From an uncultured Nitrososphaerota archaeon (GTDB lineage Archaea > Thermoproteota > Nitrososphaeria > Nitrososphaerales > Gagatemarchaeaceae): DNA of 64,000 nucleotides. This document shows positions 40,104 through 49,018 of this stretch, piece after piece. The stretch lies in NCBI GenBank assembly GCA_963703285.1, contig OY969807.1:736001-800000 (forward strand). The letters are read 5' to 3'. The notes beneath the pieces were generated by a model that saw only the letters and a program-made list of their open reading frames with translations, was not told where the DNA came from and did no database searches. Position 1 is the first letter of the stretch, and every line of letters begins with the position of its first letter. The position numbers and the translations under genes are program-made.

Positions 40104-40328
40104 TTGTCCACAGGCGAGACCGCCCTGAGTATTGAAGAGATAAGGTCGAAGTACAGTGATAGGTGGGTCGCGATGACGGTCACCAAGCGAGACAAGAACC
40201 TCCAACCGACCGAAGGGGTGGTCGTCGCCGAGGACATTGACAGGTACAGGCTGCGCCAGAAAGTTGGGAAGTACGAGGACTTGTGCATATTCTTCGCAGG
40301 TGACCCGAAATATCCAGTTCTCTTCTAG
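40104..40328 (+). CDS. DUF5678-like small protein
   Basis: IEEIRSKYSDRWVAM..GVVVAED pattern; upstream of retropepsin-like genes. Confidence 0.65.
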   Translation: MSTGETALSIEEIRSKYSDRWVAMTVTKRDKNLQPTEGVVVAEDIDRYRLRQKVGKYEDLCIFFAGDPKYPVLF

Positions 40329-40726
40329 AGGTACCTTTCGCCAGGTCGCCCGGGCTCTTCGCTCGAATCAGGGGAAGAAACAATGCGGTGAGGGAATGCT
40401 ACGCGCTGATAGACTACCAGTCAGACTACTGTATCATGCCCGCCGTGGACGCCTTCAGGCTCGGCTACGCTGAGGCTGCTAAGGGGACCGAGCCGACTTC
40501 GAATCTGCAGAGCGTTATCACCTCCGTCGTGCTCACAGACGCACCGCTGATCAAGGTAGCCGAAGTCGCAATCGGGCCCCTGGCGGTCAAGGACGTCGAG
40601 TTCCTGGCGTTAGACCTGTACCAAGAGGGTCGTTGCGATGTCGTTCTTGGGAGAAACCTCCTTAAGGACTTCCGAATCACCATAGATTCGCCTGCGAAGA
40701 GAATGCAGATTCAGAAGGAGGGGTAG
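40320..40726 (+). CDS. Retropepsin-like (clan AA) domain with degenerate active site; start uncertain
   Basis: ALIDYQS in place of ALIDTG; DVVLGRNLLKDFRITID; homologous frame is open back to about 40311 without a canonical start before GTG 40388. Confidence 0.7.
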
Positions 40727-41149
40727 CCGGACACGAGAATCAAGTGGAAGGATCCGCTAGTTGTCATGTGCAGAACCTTGGGGAGGAACGGCAAGGCGAG
40801 GGATGTCGGCGCGCTCCTGGATTTCAACTATCACTATTGCTGCATCTCCAGGGATGCCGCGGTGGAACTGGGGTTCCCGGAGGGGGCGAGCACGGCCTCC
40901 AATTATGCAGCCCTCCGCCCTGATTCAGTTCCCACCATAGTGGGAATGCGCGGTATGGAGAAGGGGATCCTGATCACCCTACCCAAGGTGTCATTGGGTC
41001 CGCTCGAGGCCACGGACCTCGAGACAATCGTGTTTGAACTGGGTTTGCCCCCATTGCTCCCGGCTGACATAGTGCTCGGCTACCCCTTCCTGAAGAACTT
41101 CAAGCTCTCTGTAGATTTCAAGAGGGGTTACGTGTCCCTCCTGAAATAG
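40727..41149 (+). CDS. Second retropepsin-like domain, in frame with the previous one across a single TAG
   Basis: ALLDFNY in place of DTG; DIVLGYPFLKNFKLSVDF; first ATG at 40766. Confidence 0.7.
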   Translation, partial: PDTRIKWKDPLVVMCRTLGRNGKARDVGALLDFNYHYCCISRDAAVELGFPEGASTASNYAALRPDSVPTIVGMRGMEKGILITLPKVSLGPLEATDLETIVFELGLPPLLPADIVLGYPFLKNFKLSVDFKRGYVSLLK

Positions 41150-41254
41150 CGTCTAGACGTTTTTGTGCGTAAGAAGGTGCCAAATTCCATGTTACTCAGC
41201 ATAGCGCCCCCAACCAAAATGGATAACCATTAATCCCCTGTGTCAAAACGATGA

Positions 41255-41842
41255 GTGCTTATGTCACGAGCCAGTATCTTCGTAGATCACAACGTCTTTG
41301 AGGAGTTCTCTTCCGAGGCAAAGCGAAAGGAGAGAACCATGTTTGCGTTCGCTAACCAGTCTCTCTCGACCATGTCAAAGATATCAGCAGAGGGCGGAGA
41401 TCCCGCGGACCTCTACAGGCTATGGCATTCCGTCTCCCTGATGAAGCAGATAGACGTTATCACCCTCCCTTCTGACTTCGTCGACGAGATCCTCGCGAGG
41501 ATGTACGCCGAGGACAAGGAGGGTCTGCTTGCTATGTTCACCGCGCTAGGGAGTAACATGGTCGGTATCCTCAAGGCCGGCGCCAAGGACCTGAACGAAC
41601 TCGCGGACCTGGCAAGAGACTTCACCCTGCTGATTCCAATAAAACTGTTCTCCGTTTCCAAGTTGCAAGGCGATGACGTGGTGGAGATCAACATAGTCGG
41701 CGCCGGAAGGAAGATTGAATCAACCGAGTGCTCCTTTGTCTTTCTGCAATCAGTTCTCAACGGTTACGGCTACAACGTAGTCAAGCACGAAATAAACCGG
41801 GGGACGATTATGATGACCGCCTCAAAGAGAAAAACCACATAG
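41255..41842 (+). CDS. Hypothetical protein, possible N-terminal ribbon-helix-helix regulator
   Basis: N-terminal beta-alpha-alpha pattern (RASIFVDHNVFEEFSSEAKRKERTM); own TATA-like element. Confidence 0.55.
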   Translation: MLMSRASIFVDHNVFEEFSSEAKRKERTMFAFANQSLSTMSKISAEGGDPADLYRLWHSVSLMKQIDVITLPSDFVDEILARMYAEDKEGLLAMFTALGSNMVGILKAGAKDLNELADLARDFTLLIPIKLFSVSKLQGDDVVEINIVGAGRKIESTECSFVFLQSVLNGYGYNVVKHEINRGTIMMTASKRKTT

Positions 41843-41945
41843 CTCGTTTGTTCGCATCAAGACGGTCGCCCACCGGCGGGACCTTTCCAAGCGTCGTAGA
41901 GGTTTGAGGAAGGGTAGGCGATTTTGCGAGTTGCAGGGGAAGGAG

Positions 41946-42052
41946 TGGGCCGGCCCGGATTTGAACCGGGGACCCTGGCGGTCTTCTGCTTTCGCCGTGT
42001 GAGAGCTTGACGGATCCTCTCTGACGTCCAAACCAGGCTAGACGACCGGCCC
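41946..42052 (-). tRNA. tRNA-Val(CAC) with two 16-nt introns at positions 28/29 and 44/45
   Basis: GGGCCGG/CCGGCCC acceptor stem; T arm CCCGG-TTCAAAT-CCGGG; removing 42007-42022 and 41975-41990 gives a 75-nt cloverleaf with TCGCT-CTCACAC-GGCGA; both junctions form BHB motifs. Confidence 0.92.
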
Positions 42053-42187
42053 TTGCCGAAAGCGACTTCCAAGCCGATTTAACGGTTGCTCTCATCCAGG
42101 GGGACGCTCGGTTGACCCGGAAGGGCCCGGCAGGAGTTGTTAACAAACACCCAACATCTTATATCGACCCTAGTATCTGGCGAGTTC

Positions 42188-42571
42188 GTGCCCATAGTCA
42201 GCCTTTCTTTCCCCGAGAGCATGATGGAGGAGATGGACCGGCTTCAACACGCTCTGGGATTCACGGGGCGTTCTGAACTCGTGAGGGCGAGCATCCGCCT
42301 TATGCTCCAGGACGTCAAGGAGAAGAGCGCCCTGACCGGAAGGGGGAGCGCGGTCATCGTCCTCACTCACACGGAGGAGAACGAGGAGCCGGTCACGCGA
42401 ATAAAGCACAGGTTCGACGACATCGTGAGGACGCACATTCACAACAAGATCACCAAGAACAATTGCGTCGAGTTGTTCGTCCTTGAGGGCAGCTCGCAGG
42501 AGGTAGCTTCGATGGCTAAGGAATTTCAGAAGGAAGAAGGTATCAGGAGCGTCAAGCTGATCTCGCTTTAG
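42188..42571 (+). CDS. CopG/NikR-family ribbon-helix-helix metal-responsive regulator
   Basis: IVSLSFP..GRSELVR, and C-terminal H..HIH..C metal site. Confidence 0.85.
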   Translation: MPIVSLSFPESMMEEMDRLQHALGFTGRSELVRASIRLMLQDVKEKSALTGRGSAVIVLTHTEENEEPVTRIKHRFDDIVRTHIHNKITKNNCVELFVLEGSSQEVASMAKEFQKEEGIRSVKLISL

Positions 42572-42589
42572 TTCCCCGCATCGCCCCCG

Positions 42590-45289
42590 CTAGCTTTCGC
42601 CAGGGAGGATGCGCGACAGGACGTAGGGCAGCACCCCGCCACCGCGGTAGTAATCCATCTCCGTCCTATTGTCGATCCTCACCTTGGCCTTGAAACTGAT
42701 CTGGTGCGCGCCGCTCTCTGCGGTTACCTCGACGGACCCTCCGGGCGTCAGGCCCCCAAGGCCATGCACGGAGAAGAGCTCACTGCCGTTCAGTCCTAGG
42801 GAGCGCGCGGTCTCGCCCTGGGGGAACTCCAGCGGTAGCACACCCATAGCTACGAGGTTGCTTCGGTGGATCCTCTCGAAGCTCTCGGCGATAACCGCTC
42901 TCACCCCCAGTAGCTTTGGTGCCTTCGCCGCCCAGTCACGTGAGCTCCCGGACCCGTACTGCTTTCCCGCCAGGATGACCAGTGGCGTCCCTTCGCCGTA
43001 CTTCATCGCAACTTCGTATATCGACTCGACCTCGTCCGTCGGAAAGTATGTCGTGTACCCCCCTTCCCTCCCCTTGGCGAGGAGGTTGCGAAGCCTGATG
43101 TTGGCGAACCCGCCCCTCACCATGACCTCGTGGTTCCCCCTCCGCGCGCCGTAGGTGCTGAAGTGGACCATGTCAACGCCCTGCTCGAGGAGGTACTTCC
43201 CTGCCGGGCTGTCGAAGGCTATCGTCCCGGCCGGAGAGATGTGGTCCGTGGTGATTTTGTCGCCCAAAAGAGCCAGCACCCTCGCGCCGACGATGTCCTC
43301 GGTTTGCGATTTGGGGAAACTCTCGAACCAGGGAGGCTCCCTCACATACGTGGATGAAGGATCCCAGCTGAAGGTCTCGCCGGAGCCACCTGGGAGCGAG
43401 TCCCATGTCGAGTCGCCGCGCAAGGCATCTGCGTATCGTTTCCTATAGAGGTCGCCCTTGAGAGAGCCGGTAGCGACTTCCTTGATTTCCTGGAGCGTCG
43501 GCCAGAGGTCCCTGAGATACACCGGTTTGCCGTCTTGGTCCTGGCCCAGGGGGCTGTCGAAGTCGAAATCTATCCTCCCAGCGAGGGCGTATGCTACCAC
43601 GAGCATGGGGGACATCAGGAAGGAGCCCTTGGCGAGAGGGTGTATCCTGCCGTCGAAGTTACGGTTGCCGCTCAGGACAGCTACGGTGTACAGGTCCCTT
43701 TGCTTGATCGCAGATTCGACTTCAGGGTCGAGGGGCCCGCTGTTACCGATGCAGGACGTACACCCGTACCCAACGATGTTGAACCCGAGTTTGTCCAGGT
43801 ACGGAAGGAGTCCCGAGCCTTCGAGATAGTCCCTGACGACGGTCGAGCCAGGTGCCAGACTGCACTTGACGAAGGGTTTGGGCGAGAGACCCCTGAGCAC
43901 CGCATTCCTCGCTATCAAGCCGGCGCCTATCATCACCGTGGGGTTGGACGTGTTGGTGCAGCTAGTGATTGCCGCGATTATCACGGATCCGTCGTCCAGG
44001 CCCTGAGGCCCTTTCGCGGATCCGAGGCGAAGCACGGTCTGTCCGCTGGATGTGGCGGACGAGACCAGGGAGGGGCTTGGACCGGGGGTCCCCCTGCGCT
44101 CTTCGATCAGGGACCTCGCGAAGGAGGGGACCGTACTGAGGAGCCGTCTCTCCTCGGGGTTCCTAGGACCCGCTATGCAGGGCTCGATCTTCGAGAGGTC
44201 CACGACGACAACCTCGGAGTAGCTGGGTTCTGGGTCGCCTGGCTCGGCGAAGAGCCCCTGCCTCCTTGAGTACTCCTCGACGAACTTCACGTAGGCGGAG
44301 TCTCTGCCTGTGTCGGTCAGGTACCGCAGTGTGGCCGAATCGATGGGGGAGTAGCCGACGGTCGCCCCGTACTCCGGCGACATGTTCCCCAGGGTCGCCC
44401 TATCGGGGACGGAGAGATGCTGGTAGCCTTCTCCGAAGTATTCTACGAAGGCGTCGACAAGATTCCTCCCCCTGAGGACCTCCGTCACGGTGAGCACGAC
44501 ATCCGTCGGGGTCGACCCCTCGGGGAGCCTCCCCACAACTTTCACGCCGACGACCCTAGGTATAGGCATGTGGTAGGGCTCCCCGAGCATCACCGCCTCC
44601 GCCTCTATGCCTCCGACGCCCCATCCCAGGACGCCGAGCCCGTTCACCATCGTGGTGTGGGAGTCAGTCCCGACAAGGGTGTCTGGGATGGCCTCGAGCC
44701 GACCCCCCGTCTCCTTGAGCGCCGTGACGGTCGAGAGATACTCGAGGTTGACCTGGTGGCATATTCCCTTCCCCGGAGGGAAGACCCTGAGGTTCTTGAA
44801 CGAGTGCTGCGCCCACTTGAGGAGCGAGTATCGTTCGGAGTTCCTTTCGTACTCCCTCGAGACGTTGAAGTCGAGCGCCAGGTCGGTGCTCCAACCGTCC
44901 ACCTGGACGGAGTGGTCTATGATCAGGTCCATCGGGACGACGGAGTTGATGGTGCTGGGGTCGCCGCCTCTCCTCTTCACCTCGTCTCGCATCGCAGCTA
45001 GGTCGACGATGAGCGGAACGCCGGTGTAGTCCTGGAGGAGCACGCGGTGGGGCATGAAGGGGAGCACCGAGTTGACGCTTCTGGGCCACTCGAGGAGGGC
45101 GCGCGCCGCCTCACCGGCCCCGTCTATCTTGCCCGTATGCCGGGTCGCATTCTCGAGGAGGATACGTATGGAATAGGGCATCGCCTCGAGGCCCTGACCT
45201 GCGGCGAGCTTCAGGTCGAACATCCTGGCCTTCCCTCTTGGAGACTCGATTGAACCAGCCACCGAGCCAGGATCCATACCTGCCTGCAT
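42590..45289 (-). CDS. acnA: Aconitate hydratase A
   Basis: RVLLQDYTGVP, GTDSHT, AAITSCTNTSNP, GCTSCIGNSG, GSGSSRDWAAK. Confidence 0.97.
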   Translation of the reverse strand: MQAGMDPGSVAGSIESPRGKARMFDLKLAAGQGLEAMPYSIRILLENATRHTGKIDGAGEAARALLEWPRSVNSVLPFMPHRVLLQDYTGVPLIVDLAAMRDEVKRRGGDPSTINSVVPMDLIIDHSVQVDGWSTDLALDFNVSREYERNSERYSLLKWAQHSFKNLRVFPPGKGICHQVNLEYLSTVTALKETGGRLEAIPDTLVGTDSHTTMVNGLGVLGWGVGGIEAEAVMLGEPYHMPIPRVVGVKVVGRLPEGSTPTDVVLTVTEVLRGRNLVDAFVEYFGEGYQHLSVPDRATLGNMSPEYGATVGYSPIDSATLRYLTDTGRDSAYVKFVEEYSRRQGLFAEPGDPEPSYSEVVVVDLSKIEPCIAGPRNPEERRLLSTVPSFARSLIEERRGTPGPSPSLVSSATSSGQTVLRLGSAKGPQGLDDGSVIIAAITSCTNTSNPTVMIGAGLIARNAVLRGLSPKPFVKCSLAPGSTVVRDYLEGSGLLPYLDKLGFNIVGYGCTSCIGNSGPLDPEVESAIKQRDLYTVAVLSGNRNFDGRIHPLAKGSFLMSPMLVVAYALAGRIDFDFDSPLGQDQDGKPVYLRDLWPTLQEIKEVATGSLKGDLYRKRYADALRGDSTWDSLPGGSGETFSWDPSSTYVREPPWFESFPKSQTEDIVGARVLALLGDKITTDHISPAGTIAFDSPAGKYLLEQGVDMVHFSTYGARRGNHEVMVRGGFANIRLRNLLAKGREGGYTTYFPTDEVESIYEVAMKYGEGTPLVILAGKQYGSGSSRDWAAKAPKLLGVRAVIAESFERIHRSNLVAMGVLPLEFPQGETARSLGLNGSELFSVHGLGGLTPGGSVEVTAESGAHQISFKAKVRIDNRTEMDYYRGGGVLPYVLSRILPGES

Positions 45290-45376
45290 GAGCCCGAGGA
45301 ACCAGGGGAGGTATTTATCCCAACGGCCCCGGGGTCGCTTCTAACACTTTTATCCCGTCGAGAATCGCGCGGAGGC

Positions 45377-45685
45377 ATGTCAGGGGACTGGGAGGTCCGA
45401 GGGCTGTTCGGAAACGAGTACGCGCTGGAGACGGCCGTGGACGAGCTGAAGAAGCTCGACACGGTCCCGGACTACAAGGTTCTCGACAGGAGGAACCTTC
45501 AGGTCGTGGTCTCCAAGAGCGATACCAAGACGAGGAACCTTGTGAGGAACGTCATAACGATAGCCCACGGGTACGTGGAAGCGGACGCCCCGCTGGGAGA
45601 GTACGACGCCAAGAAGGCGGAGGCAAAGCAGAAGAAGCTCAAGGAGTACGAGGAGAAGAGAAAGGCCGCCCAGAGGTCCCACTGA
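45377..45685 (+). CDS. Small hypothetical protein with Lys/Glu-rich tail
   Basis: GGAGG before the ATG, TATA-like TTTTAT upstream, host-like codon usage. Confidence 0.65.
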   Translation: MSGDWEVRGLFGNEYALETAVDELKKLDTVPDYKVLDRRNLQVVVSKSDTKTRNLVRNVITIAHGYVEADAPLGEYDAKKAEAKQKKLKEYEEKRKAAQRSH

Positions 45686-45811
45686 GCGGTGCTATCGATC
45701 GTTTCAGAATAGTTCAATCGAACTCAGGCGGGAAGGAGTCCCGACCCACCCATCTGGTGCGCCGTCCGCATTTGCGAGCTCGCTCGAGACCCAAGGCGAC
45801 GCCATTCAGGA

Positions 45812-46999
45812 CTACGATGGAACGGCGAGCCCGAGCGCGTGGGTGACGTCTTCCACAAGGTCGAGCGGGTCCTCTATCCCAACCGAGAGTCTGATGAGGT
45901 CGTCGGTGATCCCCATGGCCACCCGCTCGCTCTTCGGGAGGGAGGAGTGGGTCATCCTGGCGGGGTGTTCTGCGAGAGACTCCACACCACCGAGGCTCTC
46001 GGCAAGCGTGAAGAGCCGCAGCGACTCGAGGAAGCGGCTGGCGGCCCTAAATCCGCCCCTTATCCTGAAGGAGAGCATCCCGCCGCCCAGCGACATCTGC
46101 CTTCTCGCGAGCCGGTACGTGGGGGAGGAGCGAAGGAAAGGGTAGTAGACGCCCAGGGTCCGACCACTCTCCTCGAGCGCCTCCGCGACCGCCAGGGCGT
46201 TCTTGGAGTGCTGCTCCATCCGGAGGTGGAGAGTCCTCAACCCCCTCAGGGCGAGGTAGCAGTCGAAGGGGCTGGGGACGGCACCAATCGCATTCTGCAG
46301 GAACTTCAGCCGCTCGTAGAGCTCCTCGTCGGAGACGGCCAGAGCGCCCCCGATCATGTCGCTGTGCCCCGATATGTACTTGGTCGTGCTATGGAGCGAG
46401 ATTGTTGCCCCCAGCTTCAGCGGGTTCTGTATGTACGGAGATGCGAATGTGTTGTCCACCGCAAGTATCAGCCCCCTCTCGCGGGCGACCTTCGCTATCG
46501 AACGCATGTCCAGTACCAGCATGAGGGGGTTCGTCGGAGATTCAAGCCAGACCATCCGTGTGTTCGATCTGGCTTTGATCCGCACGTTGTCCGGAACGCG
46601 GGCGTCGACCCTGCTGAAGGTGACGCCGTAGTTGGAGAAGACCTTGTTGAAGAGCCGGAAGGTTCCGCCGTAAACGTCGTTGCAGATAAGTACGTGGTCA
46701 CCCTTCTTCAGCAGCGAGCCGACTGTGTTTATGGCGGCCATGCCGGAGGAGAACGCGAGACCGTGCTTGGCGTGCTCGATCTCGGCCACGGCTTTCTCGA
46801 GCCTTTCCCGGGTGGGGTTCCCGGTGCGGGAGTACTCATACCCCCTCTGTTTGCCAACTCCGTCCTGAGCGAAGGTGGATGCCGTGAATATCGGTGGGGC
46901 AACCGCCCCGGTCTCCCGGTCGGGCTCGTTCCCGGCGCGGACGACCCTCGTCGCAGAGCGCATGGGCAGGGTGCGAACCGGGCGACGTTTAAGCGTCAA
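45812..46999 (-). CDS. Cystathionine gamma-lyase/gamma-synthase (PLP)
   Basis: YSRTGNPT, FSSGMAA, ESPTNP, VDNTF, HSTTKYISGHSD, LAESLGGVESL. Confidence 0.95.
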   Translation of the reverse strand: MTLKRRPVRTLPMRSATRVVRAGNEPDRETGAVAPPIFTASTFAQDGVGKQRGYEYSRTGNPTRERLEKAVAEIEHAKHGLAFSSGMAAINTVGSLLKKGDHVLICNDVYGGTFRLFNKVFSNYGVTFSRVDARVPDNVRIKARSNTRMVWLESPTNPLMLVLDMRSIAKVARERGLILAVDNTFASPYIQNPLKLGATISLHSTTKYISGHSDMIGGALAVSDEELYERLKFLQNAIGAVPSPFDCYLALRGLRTLHLRMEQHSKNALAVAEALEESGRTLGVYYPFLRSSPTYRLARRQMSLGGGMLSFRIRGGFRAASRFLESLRLFTLAESLGGVESLAEHPARMTHSSLPKSERVAMGITDDLIRLSVGIEDPLDLVEDVTHALGLAVPS

Positions 47000-47979
47000 T
47001 GCGTGTCCAGGCCCCTTGATTTCAGCCAGTCGTCGTTGTAGAACTTGCTGACGTATCCCCTGCCCGTGTCGGGGAGGATGACGACAATCGTGCCCAGGGT
47101 CCTGTTCTGTTCCGAGAACCTTATGGCGCCGGCTACGGCAGCGCCCGAAGAGCCTCCGGCGAATATCCCCTCCTCCAGGGCGAGCCTCCGAGTCATGCGA
47201 GACGTCTCCTCATCGGAAATCTGGATGATCTCGTCGACGACGGTCCCGTCGTAGGCCCGGGGTACGAAGTCCTCGCCTATCCCCTCCACAAGATATGGGT
47301 GGATTGGCAGGCTCGTCCCATACTTGACGTTGTGATAGATCGAACCCTCCGGTTCAATCCCCACGACCTTCAGGCCGTTCTTCCTTTCCTTCAGAAACCG
47401 GCCCGCCCCCGAGATTGTGCCTCCCGTCCCGATGCAGGCGACGAATGCGTCTATCTTGCCCTCCGTCTGTTCCCAGATCTCCGGGCCGGTCGTGGCGTAG
47501 TGGGCCTCGGGGTTACCAGGGTTGGAGTACTGGTCGGGCATGTACGACCCCTCCACCTCTTTGCACAGGCGGCGCGCGACGTTGATGTAATGCTCCGGAG
47601 AGTCGTGGGGGACCTCGGTGGGGGCTATTATCACCTTGGCCCCGAGGGCGCGTAGAATCGACCGCTTCTCTTCGCTGACCTTGTCGGGCATCGTGAAGAT
47701 CGTCTTGTACCCCCTAATGGCAGCAAGCATCGCGAGCGCAAACCCGGTGTTCCCCGAGGTTGGCTCGATGATCGTGCCGCCCTTCTTGAGGACGCCCCTC
47801 GCCTCGGCGTCTTTGACCACGAAAGGAGCAATACGGTCTTTGACCGAACCCCCGGGGTTCATGAACTCGAGTTTCGCTAAGAGGACCGGTTCTTGGTCCT
47901 TGGTCATCCTCCCGAGCCGGACCATCGGCGTGTGGCCAATCACCCCTATGATGTCCTCGGCAGGTCTCCGTTCATCCAT
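46996..47979 (-). CDS. Cystathionine beta-synthase / cysteine synthase family (MccA-like)
   Basis: KLEFMNPGGSVKDR, EPTSGNTG, DQYSNPGN, GTGGT, EGIGEDF. Confidence 0.93.
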   Translation of the reverse strand: MDERRPAEDIIGVIGHTPMVRLGRMTKDQEPVLLAKLEFMNPGGSVKDRIAPFVVKDAEARGVLKKGGTIIEPTSGNTGFALAMLAAIRGYKTIFTMPDKVSEEKRSILRALGAKVIIAPTEVPHDSPEHYINVARRLCKEVEGSYMPDQYSNPGNPEAHYATTGPEIWEQTEGKIDAFVACIGTGGTISGAGRFLKERKNGLKVVGIEPEGSIYHNVKYGTSLPIHPYLVEGIGEDFVPRAYDGTVVDEIIQISDEETSRMTRRLALEEGIFAGGSSGAAVAGAIRFSEQNRTLGTIVVILPDTGRGYVSKFYNDDWLKSRGLDTH

Positions 47980-48006
47980 CTAGCCAGATTCTCCGCGCCG
48001 GTCTTC

Positions 48007-48059
48007 TATTAACGGTTCGTTCGTCGGCAGGAAGTGAAAAGGCCCGAGACGATTTATAA
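48007..48059. promoter_or_regulatory. Back-to-back TATA boxes of divergent operons
   Basis: TATTAA at 48007 (minus-strand gene starting 47979) and TTTATAA at 48053 (plus-strand gene starting 48089). Confidence 0.55.
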
Positions 48060-48088
48060 GCACGCCGCGGCGCGCTCTTTGCAGTAGA

Positions 48089-49018
48089 TTGGCCACCATA
48101 GAAGTCTCGTCGCTGAAGAAGGCCTATGGCGACCTGCAGGCGGTCGACTCGATTTCGTTTACCGTGAACGAAGGGGAGGTCTTCTCGCTGCTCGGCCCGA
48201 ACGGGGCGGGGAAGACCACGACCATCGAGATTCTCGAGGGTCTCAGGGAGAGGGACGGGGGGGATGTCAAGGTGCTCGGTCTCGACCCCTGGAAGAACGG
48301 CGATGCTCTCCACAAGCGGATAGGCGTCATCCCTCAAGGATTCACGTTCCTCCCCTACATCACCCCCAGGGAGGCGGTGAAGTACTACGCCGCCCTCTTT
48401 GACGTCAAGGTCGATGCCGACGAGATACTTCGAAGGGTAATCCTTCAGGATTCTGCCTCGAGCTACTTCATGAGGCTGTCGGGCGGCCAGAAGCAGAAGA
48501 TGGGCCTGGCCCTCTCGCTCGTGAACCGACCAGACCTCGTCTTCCTTGACGAGCCCACCACGGGGCTGGATCCCCAGGCGCGCAGGGCCGTCTGGGACGT
48601 GATAAGGAACCTGCAGCACGAGGGAATCAGCGTGCTCCTCACGACGCACTACCTCGAGGAGGCGGAGGAGCTCGCAGACAAGGTCGCCATAATGAACAAG
48701 GGGAGGATAATCACCGCAGGCACCCCAGCCGAGATCATCCTGGAGCACGGGTCCGGGGAGAAGGTCAAGGTCCGGGGGGACCAGAGGCTTGCGGATTACC
48801 TCAGGCAGAACACGGGCCTCGAAGTTTCGTACTCCGAAGGCGAAGTGACAGTCAGGCTGAAGAAGAAAGAGGACGCGCTCCTGGTGCTCGAGACGATAGA
48901 GAAGTCGGGGCAGAGCTGGAGCGATTTAACCGTACGAAACGACAGCCTCGAAGACGTCTTCGTGAAGCTGGTCGGCTCGAAGATCACAGACGAGGGGCAG
49001 GAGGTTGCGGTGAACTAG
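48089..49018 (+). CDS. ABC-2 (multidrug-type) exporter ATP-binding protein
   Basis: GPNGAGKTT, LSGGQKQK, LDEPTTGLD, TTHYLEEAE. Confidence 0.95.
   Translation: MATIEVSSLKKAYGDLQAVDSISFTVNEGEVFSLLGPNGAGKTTTIEILEGLRERDGGDVKVLGLDPWKNGDALHKRIGVIPQGFTFLPYITPREAVKYYAALFDVKVDADEILRRVILQDSASSYFMRLSGGQKQKMGLALSLVNRPDLVFLDEPTTGLDPQARRAVWDVIRNLQHEGISVLLTTHYLEEAEELADKVAIMNKGRIITAGTPAEIILEHGSGEKVKVRGDQRLADYLRQNTGLEVSYSEGEVTVRLKKKEDALLVLETIEKSGQSWSDLTVRNDSLEDVFVKLVGSKITDEGQEVAVN

Noticed and set aside
40724-40726. Genome-wide TAG recoding (pyrrolysine)
   Set aside because: Many conserved genes here (purB, purM, purQ, acnA) end at TAG at the expected position, and no pyl genes are seen
45686-45811. Possible ncRNA between convergent genes
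   Set aside because: No C/D box pair, tRNA fold or convincing stem pattern
45839-47041. 400-aa antisense ORF, and similar long overlapping ORFs throughout the window
   Set aside because: Expected shadow frames of high-GC3 genes; no recognisable motifs
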